This document shows positions 17,368 through 25,765 of a stretch of DNA of 32,000 bases, in pieces. Position numbers and translations under genes: made by a program. The DNA lies in assembly GCF_054391665.1 (NCBI RefSeq), contig NZ_CM136172.1. The stretch is one strand, 5' to 3'. The notes beneath the pieces were generated by a model. The model saw only the letters and a list, made by a program, of their open reading frames with translations. It had not been told where the DNA came from and ran no database searches. Within the stretch, counting starts at the first letter, position 1, and each line of letters starts with the position of its first letter.

Positions 17368-18291
17368 TCACTCATGCCGCGCCGGACGATTTATTTTTCT
17401 GGCGCGGCGACGAGAATCCATTGAAATCAAAATCACCGATGACAGAATCAGCAGCGTTCCCAGCCAGTCCGGCAATGTGAACGTGATCCCCAGCAACAGC
17501 AAAGAGAGCAGCGCGCTACTTAATGGTTCTGCACAGCTCAGAATGCTGGCTTTTGGCCCGCCAATGAGCTGTGCGCCTTTCAGATATAGACTAAAGGTTA
17601 GCGAAGTTCCGATTACCACCAGATAGAAAAACGCCAGAATCAGGCTGCCATTAACCACGAAGTTTGTTCCTTGCCCGGCATAGAAGGGCAGCAGGATCAG
17701 ACCACCGATCAGCATACTCCAGCCGACGACCGGTAACGTGCCATAGCGGGCAATCAGCGTTGAGGGATAGGTGGTATAGAATGCAGCAGCAAATGCCGAG
17801 GCAATGCCCCAGAATAACGCGGCCGGAGAGATCGATAATGACGTCGGATTACCGTGTGTCACCAATAAAAAAGTCCCGATCAGCGATGTCAAAATAGCGC
17901 AGAAAACCAGAATGCCCGGGCGAGATTTACGCACCAGTGAGAACCAGGCGACGATAATCGTCGGTGAGAGGAATTGCAGCACCGTTGCCGTGGCAGCATT
18001 CGATTTTTCAATGGTTAGTAAAAAAGTGAGCTGTACGGTTAGCGCACCAACCACGGAAAAAATCAGCAGACTAATGGCATCTTTGTGATTGTTAATAATA
18101 GAAAAGATTTTATCGCCATGCACAAATGACAGCGTCAGCAGAATCAAACCGGCGAATATCAAACGCGTCATAGTCAAAAACTGCGACGACATCTGGCTTT
18201 GCTCCATGATGTATTGCGCGCAGACCCCTGAACTTCCCCACAACACGGCGGCAATCAGAACGTTCAGCATCCCCTTTCTGGTGGAACCCAT
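17368..18291 (-). CDS. yicL: EamA/DMT-family inner-membrane transporter YicL
   Basis: The 307-aa polytopic membrane protein occupies the K-12 position between nlpA and setC. Confidence 0.9.
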   Translation of the reverse strand: MGSTRKGMLNVLIAAVLWGSSGVCAQYIMEQSQMSSQFLTMTRLIFAGLILLTLSFVHGDKIFSIINNHKDAISLLIFSVVGALTVQLTFLLTIEKSNAATATVLQFLSPTIIVAWFSLVRKSRPGILVFCAILTSLIGTFLLVTHGNPTSLSISPAALFWGIASAFAAAFYTTYPSTLIARYGTLPVVGWSMLIGGLILLPFYAGQGTNFVVNGSLILAFFYLVVIGTSLTFSLYLKGAQLIGGPKASILSCAEPLSSALLSLLLLGITFTLPDWLGTLLILSSVILISMDSRRRARKINRPARHE

Positions 18292-18401
18292 TTTTCCCTC
18301 TGCATACTGTTTTGTCGTTTATGTATGCAGGCATGATAGCAAAAATGGCGAGGATGGCTCTGTTTGCGCCACGCCGATTTTTCTTAGCCCAGACAGGTGA
18401 G

Positions 18402-19586
18402 CTAAATATCTTTAATAAACAGCAGGCAAATCATCGCAATACCCAACATCCCTATCGCCAGCCAGAACAACGCGTGGTAGCTCCAGATTTCAACCATAAT
18501 TCCGTCAACAGAGCCGGCGATAATCCAGCCGACGCGTGAAGTATTTGCATATAACGTTGTCGCAGAGCCTATTTTTTCAGGCATCAGGTCCTGAAAATAA
18601 AGCATGCCGATACCACAGAGAATACCAAGGAAGATGGCATTTAGAATTTGCAATTCCAGCTCAACTGCCGGAGTCGTCGCCATGAGTACGCTGGCGTAAA
18701 AACACATTCCACTCACGATAGCAATGAGCATTAATAGCCGCTTGCCAATACGTTTCATGTAATAGCCTGCGATTAACATCATCGGAATTTCCAGACCGGC
18801 AGCAATACCAATCATTTCTCCAGCCAGTTTATCGGTTAGATGCAGTTCATCAATAATAAATAGCGGCATATTTATCATGTAGAGATTATTCGCCGCCCAC
18901 ATCATTGAACAAACCACGAAAAGTAGCCGTGTATCCCGCTTCCTATGGGTGGAGGGTAAAATTTCTACGGGTTGGGTAACGACAGGAATATTTCTTTGTA
19001 TTGATGGCAAAAACAACCAGACTATCAGCCCGCAAACAACAAATGCGATGGCTGCGGTGAGATACATCACTTTAAAACTAAATCCCATTGCCAGCTCATA
19101 AGCGAGCGGTGGCCCGATAACCCAGGCAAGCGAGATCTGAGCACGTAAAAATGTACTGAACATTACCGTCTCACGGCCTGTTCTGTCGGCGTGTTCACGG
19201 GCGAGGGCGAACATTTGCGGGTTTGCGGTGGAAGCAAAACTACTCAGAAGTACGCCCGTAGAGAGGAGAATGAAGTAGTTGCGATTCCACGCAAAAAGCG
19301 TGCAGGCCAGCACTCCAAATAAGCAACATAGCAGGATCAGTAATTTACGGTCGCCTTGTTTATCGGAGTGTCTTGCCAGAAATTGACTGACAAGAATTCC
19401 CATAATAGCGCTACCGGTGAAGAAAAAACCTACCATTATAGGACGGGCTTTCAGTTCATCTGCGAGGAATATACTTAGGGTAGGAGTCTGGAGAGCGCCC
19501 GCAATACCCGTCAGAAAGGCGACAAGTAAAAATGCCGCGGCAGTGAGATCAAGTATTTTTGATGGAGTGGTAGCCGTTTTTTGCAT
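18402..19586 (-). CDS. setC: Sugar efflux transporter C (MFS)
   Basis: The 394-aa MFS protein begins MQKTATTPSKILDLTAAAFLLVAFLTGIAGALQTPTLSIFL.., as remembered for K-12 SetC. Confidence 0.92.
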   Translation of the reverse strand: MQKTATTPSKILDLTAAAFLLVAFLTGIAGALQTPTLSIFLADELKARPIMVGFFFTGSAIMGILVSQFLARHSDKQGDRKLLILLCCLFGVLACTLFAWNRNYFILLSTGVLLSSFASTANPQMFALAREHADRTGRETVMFSTFLRAQISLAWVIGPPLAYELAMGFSFKVMYLTAAIAFVVCGLIVWLFLPSIQRNIPVVTQPVEILPSTHRKRDTRLLFVVCSMMWAANNLYMINMPLFIIDELHLTDKLAGEMIGIAAGLEIPMMLIAGYYMKRIGKRLLMLIAIVSGMCFYASVLMATTPAVELELQILNAIFLGILCGIGMLYFQDLMPEKIGSATTLYANTSRVGWIIAGSVDGIMVEIWSYHALFWLAIGMLGIAMICLLFIKDI

Positions 19587-19976
19587 TCTTCTGAATCACC
19601 GGGCGACAAAATATAACTGAGTTACAAATAAGTACCAGTCGAATGAGTATTGTATTAAGAATTTTTGAGTGTCGCTGATACAACCAGAAAGCAATGCTAG
19701 CGCAATATTATAGGGCCAGCAATTGAGATTATTAGCAAAAGCATGTTAAGAATTAATCACCGAATTTATATATTAATTATAGTAAGGCAATGAGCTATTT
19801 TTGATAGTAAAAATAAAACAAGTTGATTTGATATATTAAATGAAAAAATTAATCTTGATGACAGTCTGATTATTGGTGAAGTTTACAGGTCAGTTTTTTT
19901 CGCCAGCTGTTAAAGGAATAGAATCGTCGTATAAAAAAGGGTGTTATGGAGCGTGTAAAACAATATCTTCACCTTA

Positions 19977-20160
19977 ATGGCGATACAGTTGGCTGAGAGC
20001 CAGCAGGGGGCAAATCACCTGCAAATAAACACGGCACATGCTGGCGCGCATATCGCGGATGCGTTCGAGGACAGAAGAACCGACAGGCGGATTCTTCAGT
20101 CGCTCATCGTCCATCACAAAACTTTTGATCAGGTATTCCTGAAGCCGATTGAATATTGAG
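19977..20160 (-). pseudogene. Internal fragment (~60 codons) of a rhuM-family gene
   Basis: The minus-frame translation ..LQEYLIKSFVMDDERLKNP..VLERIRDMRAS..VYLQV.. resembles the conserved core of RhuM-family proteins (..LKEYIVKGF.LDDERLK.......LL.RIRDIR.SE...Y..V.D..). Both ends are missing from a gene of roughly 330 aa. Confidence 0.4.
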
Positions 20161-20223
20161 CAGATAGAAAATCTCTGGAATGACAGTATTACAAGGGGTT
20201 GGAGAATGTCAGAAGAGGCTAAT

Positions 20224-20247
20224 TGGCGGAAGATCACAGGAGTCGAA
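20224..20247 (-). other. 24-nt copy of the 3' end of tRNA-Sec (selC). This is an att-type direct-repeat remnant, not a functional tRNA.
   Basis: The reverse complement is TTCGACTCCTGTGATCTTCCGCCA, which equals the last 24 nt of remembered E. coli selC. The match breaks at 20248. No cloverleaf-length sequence is present. Confidence 0.85.
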
Positions 20248-20379
20248 TATGAGTATTAATATATTGATTTTAAATGATTAATCTGTGTTGGATAAATGAA
20301 TAACCCCCATAAGAACCCCCAAATAAATTTGCGTGAGGGAATGAAGCTAAAATACATAATTGAATTCATTCTTAGAGCT

Positions 20380-21225
20380 TTATAATGAAGGTAACATTTC
20401 CGAATAGTGCCTGGCAATAATATCATTTAGCCGATCAACCAGTTCTGGTTTCCTGAACGTGATGTGTGCGGAGCCCTTCTTAAAGTATCTGATGTTGAAC
20501 ATCTCATCTTCATAGCACGCTTTGCCCTGAACGGAGCGGATGTGATCATCCAGCCGAATGATGATATTTTCCCGGTTGTCAGGGATTGGTTTGCCACTGA
20601 ACAGATACAGCATTCTTTCCAGGTCGGCGAGTCGATCTGCCTGTTGCCCGGTGATAAGATGCAATCCCCACCGGTCCCCCCTCACCAGATTGTTGACGAT
20701 AATTTTACTGCCAAATTTACAGGGGGAGTTGGTTTTGTAATTCCAGCTCAGCCCTCTGAAGACGTTGATCACTCCTCGCTCAAACACTTCATCCTTATTC
20801 TGGTGCAGTTGCTCAAATGTGCTCCAAATGTTCGCTTCACTGATTTCCGGAAAGTTATCGTACTCCAGTGAGCGGTACCATGTATCACGGGCCTGCGCAT
20901 CCATTAATGACAGCATCCCGGAACGTTGCATCAGGTCACGCCAGATTTCGCGGTCAAGATTGCGGGTGATGGCTTTCATTGCGGTTTCCGGTTTCTCCAT
21001 GAGCCAGCAGCCACAGCGAAAATCCTGTTTCATGGCCCAGTCCAGAGAAGTTTTACCTCCAATACTTTCTGTCATTGATGAGATTTCAGCCAGTTGCCGG
21101 ATAAGTGTGTCGATTTGCAGCAGTGTAGTCTTTCGCACAGCCAGAATGTGGCTGACTGAGGTGGAGCAGATAACGTCCGTATGCCCGTTGACCACTTCCG
21201 GACGGGAGACTGTGATTGCAGACAT
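20380..21225 (-). CDS. DUF4942-like protein, the last gene of the island
   Basis: The 281-aa intact ORF has an AAGGAA Shine-Dalgarno sequence. The family assignment comes from my memory of the usual annotation order in these islands (CbtA, DUF5983, DUF957, DUF4942). It is not verified. Confidence 0.7.
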   Translation of the reverse strand: MSAITVSRPEVVNGHTDVICSTSVSHILAVRKTTLLQIDTLIRQLAEISSMTESIGGKTSLDWAMKQDFRCGCWLMEKPETAMKAITRNLDREIWRDLMQRSGMLSLMDAQARDTWYRSLEYDNFPEISEANIWSTFEQLHQNKDEVFERGVINVFRGLSWNYKTNSPCKFGSKIIVNNLVRGDRWGLHLITGQQADRLADLERMLYLFSGKPIPDNRENIIIRLDDHIRSVQGKACYEDEMFNIRYFKKGSAHITFRKPELVDRLNDIIARHYSEMLPSL

Positions 21226-21250
21226 AATCGATATTCCTTTTCGCAGATAA

Positions 21251-21280
21251 ATGAAAACGCCAGCCCTGTTCAGGCTGGCG
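21251..21280 (-). terminator. Rho-independent terminator after the DUF957-like gene
   Basis: An 8-bp stem (CGCCAGCC / GGCTGGCG) lies at 21258-21280. On the minus strand it is followed by TTTTCATTT. Confidence 0.7.
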
Positions 21281-21309
21281 TCAGTGGAATGAAGTATGGT
21301 GAATGAGAC

Positions 21310-21507
21310 TCACCGGTTCTGGTCTGGAAGCTGCAACTGGCGCAGGGTACGGATATCTTCCCAGGCCTGTTCAATACAGGGCAGCAGTGCTGCCGAATCC
21401 GTTTTATCCTCATCGTTGTCGAAGATAATCCCTGATTCGCAGTCAATATTGTCCTGCAGCCACGCAATCAGAATATCCAGCGCCGTTTCTGTGGTTAATA
21501 ATTTCAT
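21310..21507 (-). CDS. Small acidic protein, DUF957-like (65 aa)
   Basis: MKLLTTETALDILIAWLQDNIDCESGIIFDNDEDKTD.. I chose the internal ATG at 21507 because the longer 144-aa ORF overlaps the DUF5983-like gene. The family name comes from memory of island annotations. Confidence 0.55.
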   Translation of the reverse strand: MKLLTTETALDILIAWLQDNIDCESGIIFDNDEDKTDSAALLPCIEQAWEDIRTLRQLQLPDQNR

Positions 21508-21526
21508 CCAGTGTCTTTTGTCCTGA

Positions 21527-22015
21527 TTACCAGTCGAAAGTGGGGAGCCCCGGCAGACATTCTGCGCCGGCGTCCAGATGAATGAGACTGACGCCATAAC
21601 GCCGGGTGAGAGTGACGACCAGACGACGGAACGTTCTGGACAGGCCCAGGCGTTTAAGCCGCAGAACCGGGTACGACCATGCATCGGTACGTAACAGATA
21701 GCCGCTGCCTGTAAAATGAATCCATTCTGTTTCGCCGTCGTCATTAGTCTGGTGTGACAGCGAGTACAGCCAGGCGTTGTCCGTTTCCGTGATATGTGCG
21801 GTGCTGCAACGTATGCAGGTAAGGGTTGTTAACGGTGGTGGTGTACTGGTTGCGTGTTGGTCGGATTTATCGACCACGCGGAGTGAATAACCGTTTTCAG
21901 AGACCTTGTTAATCAGTTCACTGAGATTAACACCATCGACGTCAACGACAATGCGCCCCATGTTCAGTGCCTGCACGTTAACGCTGTCGGCTTCCAGCGT
22001 CAGGGCCAGTTTCAT
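21527..22015 (-). CDS. YeeW/DUF5983-like protein
   Basis: The 162-aa product begins [28 protein letters not shown].. Its ATG overlaps the cbtA stop in an ATGA arrangement at 22012-22015, indicating translational coupling. Confidence 0.7.
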   Translation of the reverse strand: MKLALTLEADSVNVQALNMGRIVVDVDGVNLSELINKVSENGYSLRVVDKSDQHATSTPPPLTTLTCIRCSTAHITETDNAWLYSLSHQTNDDGETEWIHFTGSGYLLRTDAWSYPVLRLKRLGLSRTFRRLVVTLTRRYGVSLIHLDAGAECLPGLPTFDW

Positions 22016-22389
22016 CGTTTTGCCTCCGGATGCTTGCCCTGGGTAATGTTATTTACCATTCTGTAATTGTTCCGGGTCATCAGGCCGGTCGCCCTGCGAG
22101 CCCGGAGAATATCAATGCTGTTGATTAACTGCGATGGGGCTCCTGCGCTGAATCCCGGCTGGTCGGTACGTACCAGCGCGTATTTTTCAACGAGAAAGTT
22201 CACCGCGTCACACAGTGAAATCCCTGCCTCAATATGCTGCTCAATCACACGTTCATCAGCGAACGGTGTGTCATTCAGCGTGAGGCCATAGTGCTGGTCC
22301 AGCAGTCGGGTGAGCAGTGTCTGCCAGATGGTGACGGGAGACGGGCAGCCCGATGCCTCCCGTACGTGAGTGTCGGGTAATGTATTCAT
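22012..22389 (-). CDS. cbtA: Type IV TA toxin of the CbtA/YeeV family (cytoskeleton-binding toxin)
   Basis: ..[63 protein letters not shown]...[35 protein letters not shown] matches remembered YeeV. I took the start at the ATG at 22389 (125 aa) rather than the 163-aa ORF start. Confidence 0.9.
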   Translation of the reverse strand: MNTLPDTHVREASGCPSPVTIWQTLLTRLLDQHYGLTLNDTPFADERVIEQHIEAGISLCDAVNFLVEKYALVRTDQPGFSAGAPSQLINSIDILRARRATGLMTRNNYRMVNNITQGKHPEAKR

Positions 22390-22435
22390 CTTAAGTTCTC
22401 TGTAACAGGTGGTGATAAAGGGGAGATATCCGGGG

Positions 22436-22813
22436 TTATACGGTGATTGCGGGCTCTGCCGGTGTCGGATAAACAGCCAGATAAGCGTAACCACAACTGC
22501 CAAGGGTATCGGCTTCGCAGGTCAGCCCCTTCGCATACAGTGTGATGGTATGCTGATGGCGGGGATTCAGTTCACCGCTGGTGAGCATGAGTTCCAGTTG
22601 TTTCATCAGCAGCGGAAAGGCCTGGTCCAGGTGGTATGCATCCGCGTCGCTGAACCGGCCTCTGATACCGGCACGGTCGGCAAGGTAATGCAACCGGTTA
22701 CCCTCCTGCACCAGACGGGCGCCGAAACAGGGCGTCACTGTGCAGGGTAGTCCCCACCAGGGATGGTCGTCATTGTCATCGGGATGCGTTGTCCCGGAAA
22801 GTGTGTCTGACAC
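22436..22813 (-). CDS. cbeA: Type IV TA antitoxin of the CbeA/YeeU family
   Basis: A GTG start at 22813 ([84 protein letters not shown]..) matches remembered YeeU. A GAGGA Shine-Dalgarno sequence lies upstream. Confidence 0.88.
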   Translation of the reverse strand: MSDTLSGTTHPDDNDDHPWWGLPCTVTPCFGARLVQEGNRLHYLADRAGIRGRFSDADAYHLDQAFPLLMKQLELMLTSGELNPRHQHTITLYAKGLTCEADTLGSCGYAYLAVYPTPAEPAITV

Positions 22814-22975
22814 GATAAAATCCTCACAGAAAATCGGTGAATGATAGTTTAACGATGACGGGTCAGCCGGCGCGCAGACCGGCTTCGGTAAAGGTGTATT
22901 CGTTGATGAGCAGGACCTCATCCACAGCGGCGTCTGAGCTCAGCCAGTCGTACTCGTTTTCCGGGTGACGGAACA

Positions 22976-23197
22976 TCAGTTCAGGGTGACGCTCATCAGC
23001 CGGACATACGGACCAAAACTGTCCTTACGGCGTTCTGCAAACACGGCCAGCACACCGGGAATATCCTGCACTTCACGACCGGTATACGCTTCAGCACTGC
23101 CGTGCCAGCGGTATTTGCCGGTACAGAACGGAAAAAGACGGGATGCAGGATGCTGTTGGTGAATACGCATGGCTTCACCACGGGTGATGATTTTCAT
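22976..23197 (-). CDS. yeeT: YeeT-like protein (DUF987)
   Basis: The 73-aa product MKIITRGEAMRIHQQHP.SRLFPFCTGKYRWHGSAEAYTGREVQDIPGVLAVFAERRKDSFGPYVRLMSVTLN matches remembered YeeT. Confidence 0.85.
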   Translation of the reverse strand: MKIITRGEAMRIHQQHPASRLFPFCTGKYRWHGSAEAYTGREVQDIPGVLAVFAERRKDSFGPYVRLMSVTLN

Positions 23198-23259
23198 AAT
23201 GGGATACCTCTGAAGACAGAAGATAAAAGTGAAAACAGGTGTGATGTGGTTGTGACGGG

Positions 23260-23736
23260 TTAAAGCAGACCATGTTCGGCAAAGGAGAAAACCTGGTTGC
23301 CACCGACTATCAGATGGTCCGGCACCCGGATATCCACCAGGCCCAGAGCCTGTACCAGACGTTCGGTGATAAGCCGGTCTGCCTTACTGGGTGTGACTTC
23401 ACCGGACGGGTGATTGTGTGCCAGCACCACAGCAGCGGCATTGTGATACAGGGCGCGTTTAATCACTTCCCGGGGATGGACTTCCGTGCGGTTGATGGTG
23501 CCGGTGAAGAGGGTTTCACCGGCAATCAGCTGATTCTGGTTGTTCAGATACAGCACCCGGAACTCTTCACGCTCCAGTCCCGCCATGTTCAGAATCAGCC
23601 ATTCCCGTGCCGCACGGGTGGAGGTGAAGGCCACGCCGGGTTCATGAAGATGGCGGTCCAGGGTTTTCAGGGCCCGTTGAATGAGGCTGCGCTCGCCGGG
23701 CGTCATCTCTCCGGGCAGAAAGGAAAGCTGTTGCAT
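23260..23736 (-). CDS. yeeS: RadC-like JAB/MPN-domain protein (YeeS family)
   Basis: A JAMM-type motif LAHNHPSGEVTPSKAD is present and the sequence matches remembered YeeS. The start is ambiguous among 23751, 23736 and an internal Met. Confidence 0.9.
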   Translation of the reverse strand: MQQLSFLPGEMTPGERSLIQRALKTLDRHLHEPGVAFTSTRAAREWLILNMAGLEREEFRVLYLNNQNQLIAGETLFTGTINRTEVHPREVIKRALYHNAAAVVLAHNHPSGEVTPSKADRLITERLVQALGLVDIRVPDHLIVGGNQVFSFAEHGLL

Positions 23737-23751
23737 TGTGCTTCTCTCCAT

Positions 23752-24225
23752 TCAGTCGATGATGCGCATAATGGCGCTGCATTCCGGATGCTGCAGGGCG
23801 TAATCCCGCAGCCGGTAATAATGGACCGTCATGGCATAACACTCCGTACGACAGGCATGATGACTGTACGTCATCAGACAGGCAGCAATGCCGGCGGCTT
23901 CCGGGCTCATTTCAGCGCGGTTACCGTTCATGGCATTGAACAGTACCCATGTTTCGTCATCATCGTCATCCGGTTCGGGTGCCATAAATGCCCCGCCGTT
24001 GTTCAGGGTGTACAGATTCCAGATACCACCGCAGTAGTTTTCGCAAAGACGGTCCATCCAGCCGAAGACACGGGGTTCCAGGGTGACCCACTGTGGAATG
24101 AGGCCAAAATGCTGCGGCCAGAAGCTGATGCGCTGTTCATCAGGGACAATGGTGGCAACCAGTTGTTGCAGGCCAGTCTCCGGTGCACAGGCCGAAGCGG
24201 TGGTGTTCTGAGACAATGTTTTCAT
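23752..24225 (-). CDS. Antirestriction protein (YfjX/YafX family)
   Basis: ..FWPQHFGLIPQWVTLEPRVFGWMDRLCENYCGGIWNLYTLNNGGAFMAP..MSPEAAGIAACLMTYSHHA.. is typical of the E. coli island antirestriction family. I chose the ATG at 24225 (MKTLSQ..). Confidence 0.85.
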   Translation of the reverse strand: MKTLSQNTTASACAPETGLQQLVATIVPDEQRISFWPQHFGLIPQWVTLEPRVFGWMDRLCENYCGGIWNLYTLNNGGAFMAPEPDDDDDETWVLFNAMNGNRAEMSPEAAGIAACLMTYSHHACRTECYAMTVHYYRLRDYALQHPECSAIMRIID

Positions 24226-24318
24226 GTATGAAATCCTTGTAATGTGAATAAATGAGAGGGAGTAAAGGTCGGGAGCTGGCAACATCACGTTCATCACTGA
24301 CCGTGAGACCCGGTAATA

Positions 24319-24564
24319 TCAGGGATGAATGATATTCGGCTGAAATTCCGGACAGCTGTACGCGTAACCGTTCCGGTCACAGACGGATGGTCAGATGCCA
24401 TTGCCTGTACTCAGTCTGCACAGGCTGAGCTCTCCGGAACGGTAAAGCAGGCGGGTACACCAGGTGCACAGGTCATCATCAGAAATGGAACGACACCCCG
24501 GCAGCGCCTCCGGGGCGTCGGGTGATTCTGGTACCTGAATCACGCCTTCAGGGACAGGCTGCAT
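24319..24564 (-). pseudogene. Small Cys-rich ORF (81 codons) interrupted by an in-frame TGA at 24391-24393
   Basis: The ATG at 24562-24564 overlaps the DUF932 stop (TGATG). 57 codons run to the TGA, and the same frame then stays open for 23 more codons (PSVCDRNGYAYSCPEFQPNIIHP) to a second TGA at 24319-24321. Confidence 0.4.
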
Positions 24565-25382
24565 CAGCGCAGGCTCTCCAGCATCGTTTCTGCCATCACC
24601 CACAATGCGCGATTGAGCTTAATGTCGGTATCAATGCTGTGAATGGCCCGGGTATGGATACGTTTTCCTCTGGCACTGCGACCGGAAATCCCGCCTTTCA
24701 GCATATTCTCCTGGATGGTCTGATATGCGCTCCACAGGTCCTTACCGTAATCCTCCCGGCGTCGTGGCGTCAGAATGTCGGCGGTGGTGACGGGCTGATG
24801 TTCGTCACCATAACGGTAAGTCAGCGCCGCCTGTGCCAGCGCCTGGCGTGCCGGTGGCGGCAGGACCAGCGACTGCATGGCATCACGCTTTTCCTCAATC
24901 CGGTCAAAAACGCCCACCACCTCGTAAGCCCCTTCAATGACTCTGTCCACCACATTTCCCCGATGCGGAACACGCACTTCCCCCAGAGACTGACCACAGA
25001 CGCATCCGTTCTGACAGACGAACCTGAAGTAACCCGGCAGCATCTGGTAGCTGGAGGTACCGTCATGGGAGTTGAGCAGAATGATTTCAGGGACATGTTC
25101 TCCGTTTATCTCTCCGGCCCGCCGCAGACGCAGCATATGTTTTGTGTATCCCCGGCGGCCCGGGTCGCGCACACGGGTCTGGCAGGCGAAGAATGGCTGA
25201 AAGCCTTCCCGCTGCAGGCTTTCCAGTACGGTGATGGTGGGAATGTACGCATATCGTTTACTGCGGGAAGTATGCCGGTCTTCACCGAAAATACCGGGAA
25301 CATAGTGCATCAGTTCTTCGTGTGTCAGCGGACGGTCACGGCGTATCTGGTTCGTATAACCAAAACGACTGGCTAGTCGCAT
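24564..25382 (-). CDS. DUF932-family protein (YfjQ/YafZ-like)
   Basis: The 272-aa product MRLASRFGYTNQIRRDRPLTHEELMHYVPGIFGEDRHTSRS.RYAYIPT.. resembles the remembered K-12 YfjQ/YafZ paralogues. Confidence 0.85.
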   Translation of the reverse strand: MRLASRFGYTNQIRRDRPLTHEELMHYVPGIFGEDRHTSRSKRYAYIPTITVLESLQREGFQPFFACQTRVRDPGRRGYTKHMLRLRRAGEINGEHVPEIILLNSHDGTSSYQMLPGYFRFVCQNGCVCGQSLGEVRVPHRGNVVDRVIEGAYEVVGVFDRIEEKRDAMQSLVLPPPARQALAQAALTYRYGDEHQPVTTADILTPRRREDYGKDLWSAYQTIQENMLKGGISGRSARGKRIHTRAIHSIDTDIKLNRALWVMAETMLESLR

Positions 25383-25435
25383 AATTTGCTCCTTATCGGT
25401 GGTTAAGATTTACTGGTGTAATAAATGAAAAAGCC

Positions 25436-25468
25436 ACGTCTCCCGGAGAAGACGCGGCCTGACAGATG
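25436..25468 (-). terminator. Putative rho-independent terminator after the DUF905-like gene
   Basis: A 9-bp stem with one mismatch (GCCACGTCT / AGACGCGGC) lies at 25443-25468. On the minus strand it is followed by TTTTT. Confidence 0.55.
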
Positions 25469-25536
25469 AAATGAATGACGTTTATTGTCTGAGAAGCCCT
25501 TAACTGGCGAGCTGAGTATTAAGCTGTGTTCCGGCA

Positions 25537-25695
25537 TCACCAGCGCAACTGACCTTCAGCATTACGGATAACCAGCCGGGAATATGTTCCCTGGTCATCT
25601 TCAGTAAACACATTGCGGTAAGCTGTTTTGACGGCAACAGCCTGTTCGCGTGAGAAAGGGCCTTCGGGCAATAAACGTGATGTACAACCCGGCAT
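25537..25695 (-). CDS. DUF905-like small protein (YkfF-like), short form
   Basis: [52 protein letters not shown] resembles remembered YkfF (..LLPPGPF.R.QA.AV.T.Y.N...EDDQG..FRLV.R..EG...W..). It stops earlier than the 79-aa K-12 protein. The longer ORF start at 25731 lies inside the Ag43 terminator hairpin. Confidence 0.6.
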   Translation of the reverse strand: MPGCTSRLLPEGPFSREQAVAVKTAYRNVFTEDDQGTYSRLVIRNAEGQLRW

Positions 25696-25715
25696 ATCTG
25701 TTGCTCCCTGAAAGT

Positions 25716-25743
25716 AAAAAGCCCCGGTCATGATGACCGGGGC
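25716..25743 (-). terminator. Rho-independent terminator of the Ag43 gene
   Basis: A 10-bp GC-rich stem (GCCCCGGTCA / TGACCGGGGC) lies at 25721-25743. On the minus strand it is followed by TTTTT. It sits 23 nt after the Ag43 stop. Confidence 0.85.
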
Positions 25744-25765
25744 CTGAAGGAGAGTGACCTGATTA

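Noticed and set aside
19587-20380. An intact selC tRNA gene, and the 87-aa ORF 19974-20237 as a real gene
   Set aside because: Only the last 24 nt of selC are present. The ORF runs through that tRNA fragment and a rhuM-like fragment, so it is a chance open frame across remnants.
22436-22921. An N-terminally extended 161-aa CbeA, and extended versions of CbtA (163 aa), Ag43 (973 aa) and the GTPase (303 aa)
   Set aside because: The family-conserved N-termini begin at the internal starts, which have better Shine-Dalgarno sequences. The extensions overlap upstream genes, terminator hairpins or spacers.
24319-24393. Reading the in-frame TGA at 24391-24393 as selenocysteine, tempting given the selC neighbourhood
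   Set aside because: The sequence just downstream forms only a weak 4-bp ACCG-GAA-CGGT hairpin and looks nothing like the fdhF/fdnG-type SECIS stem-loop I remember. A nonsense mutation is far more likely.
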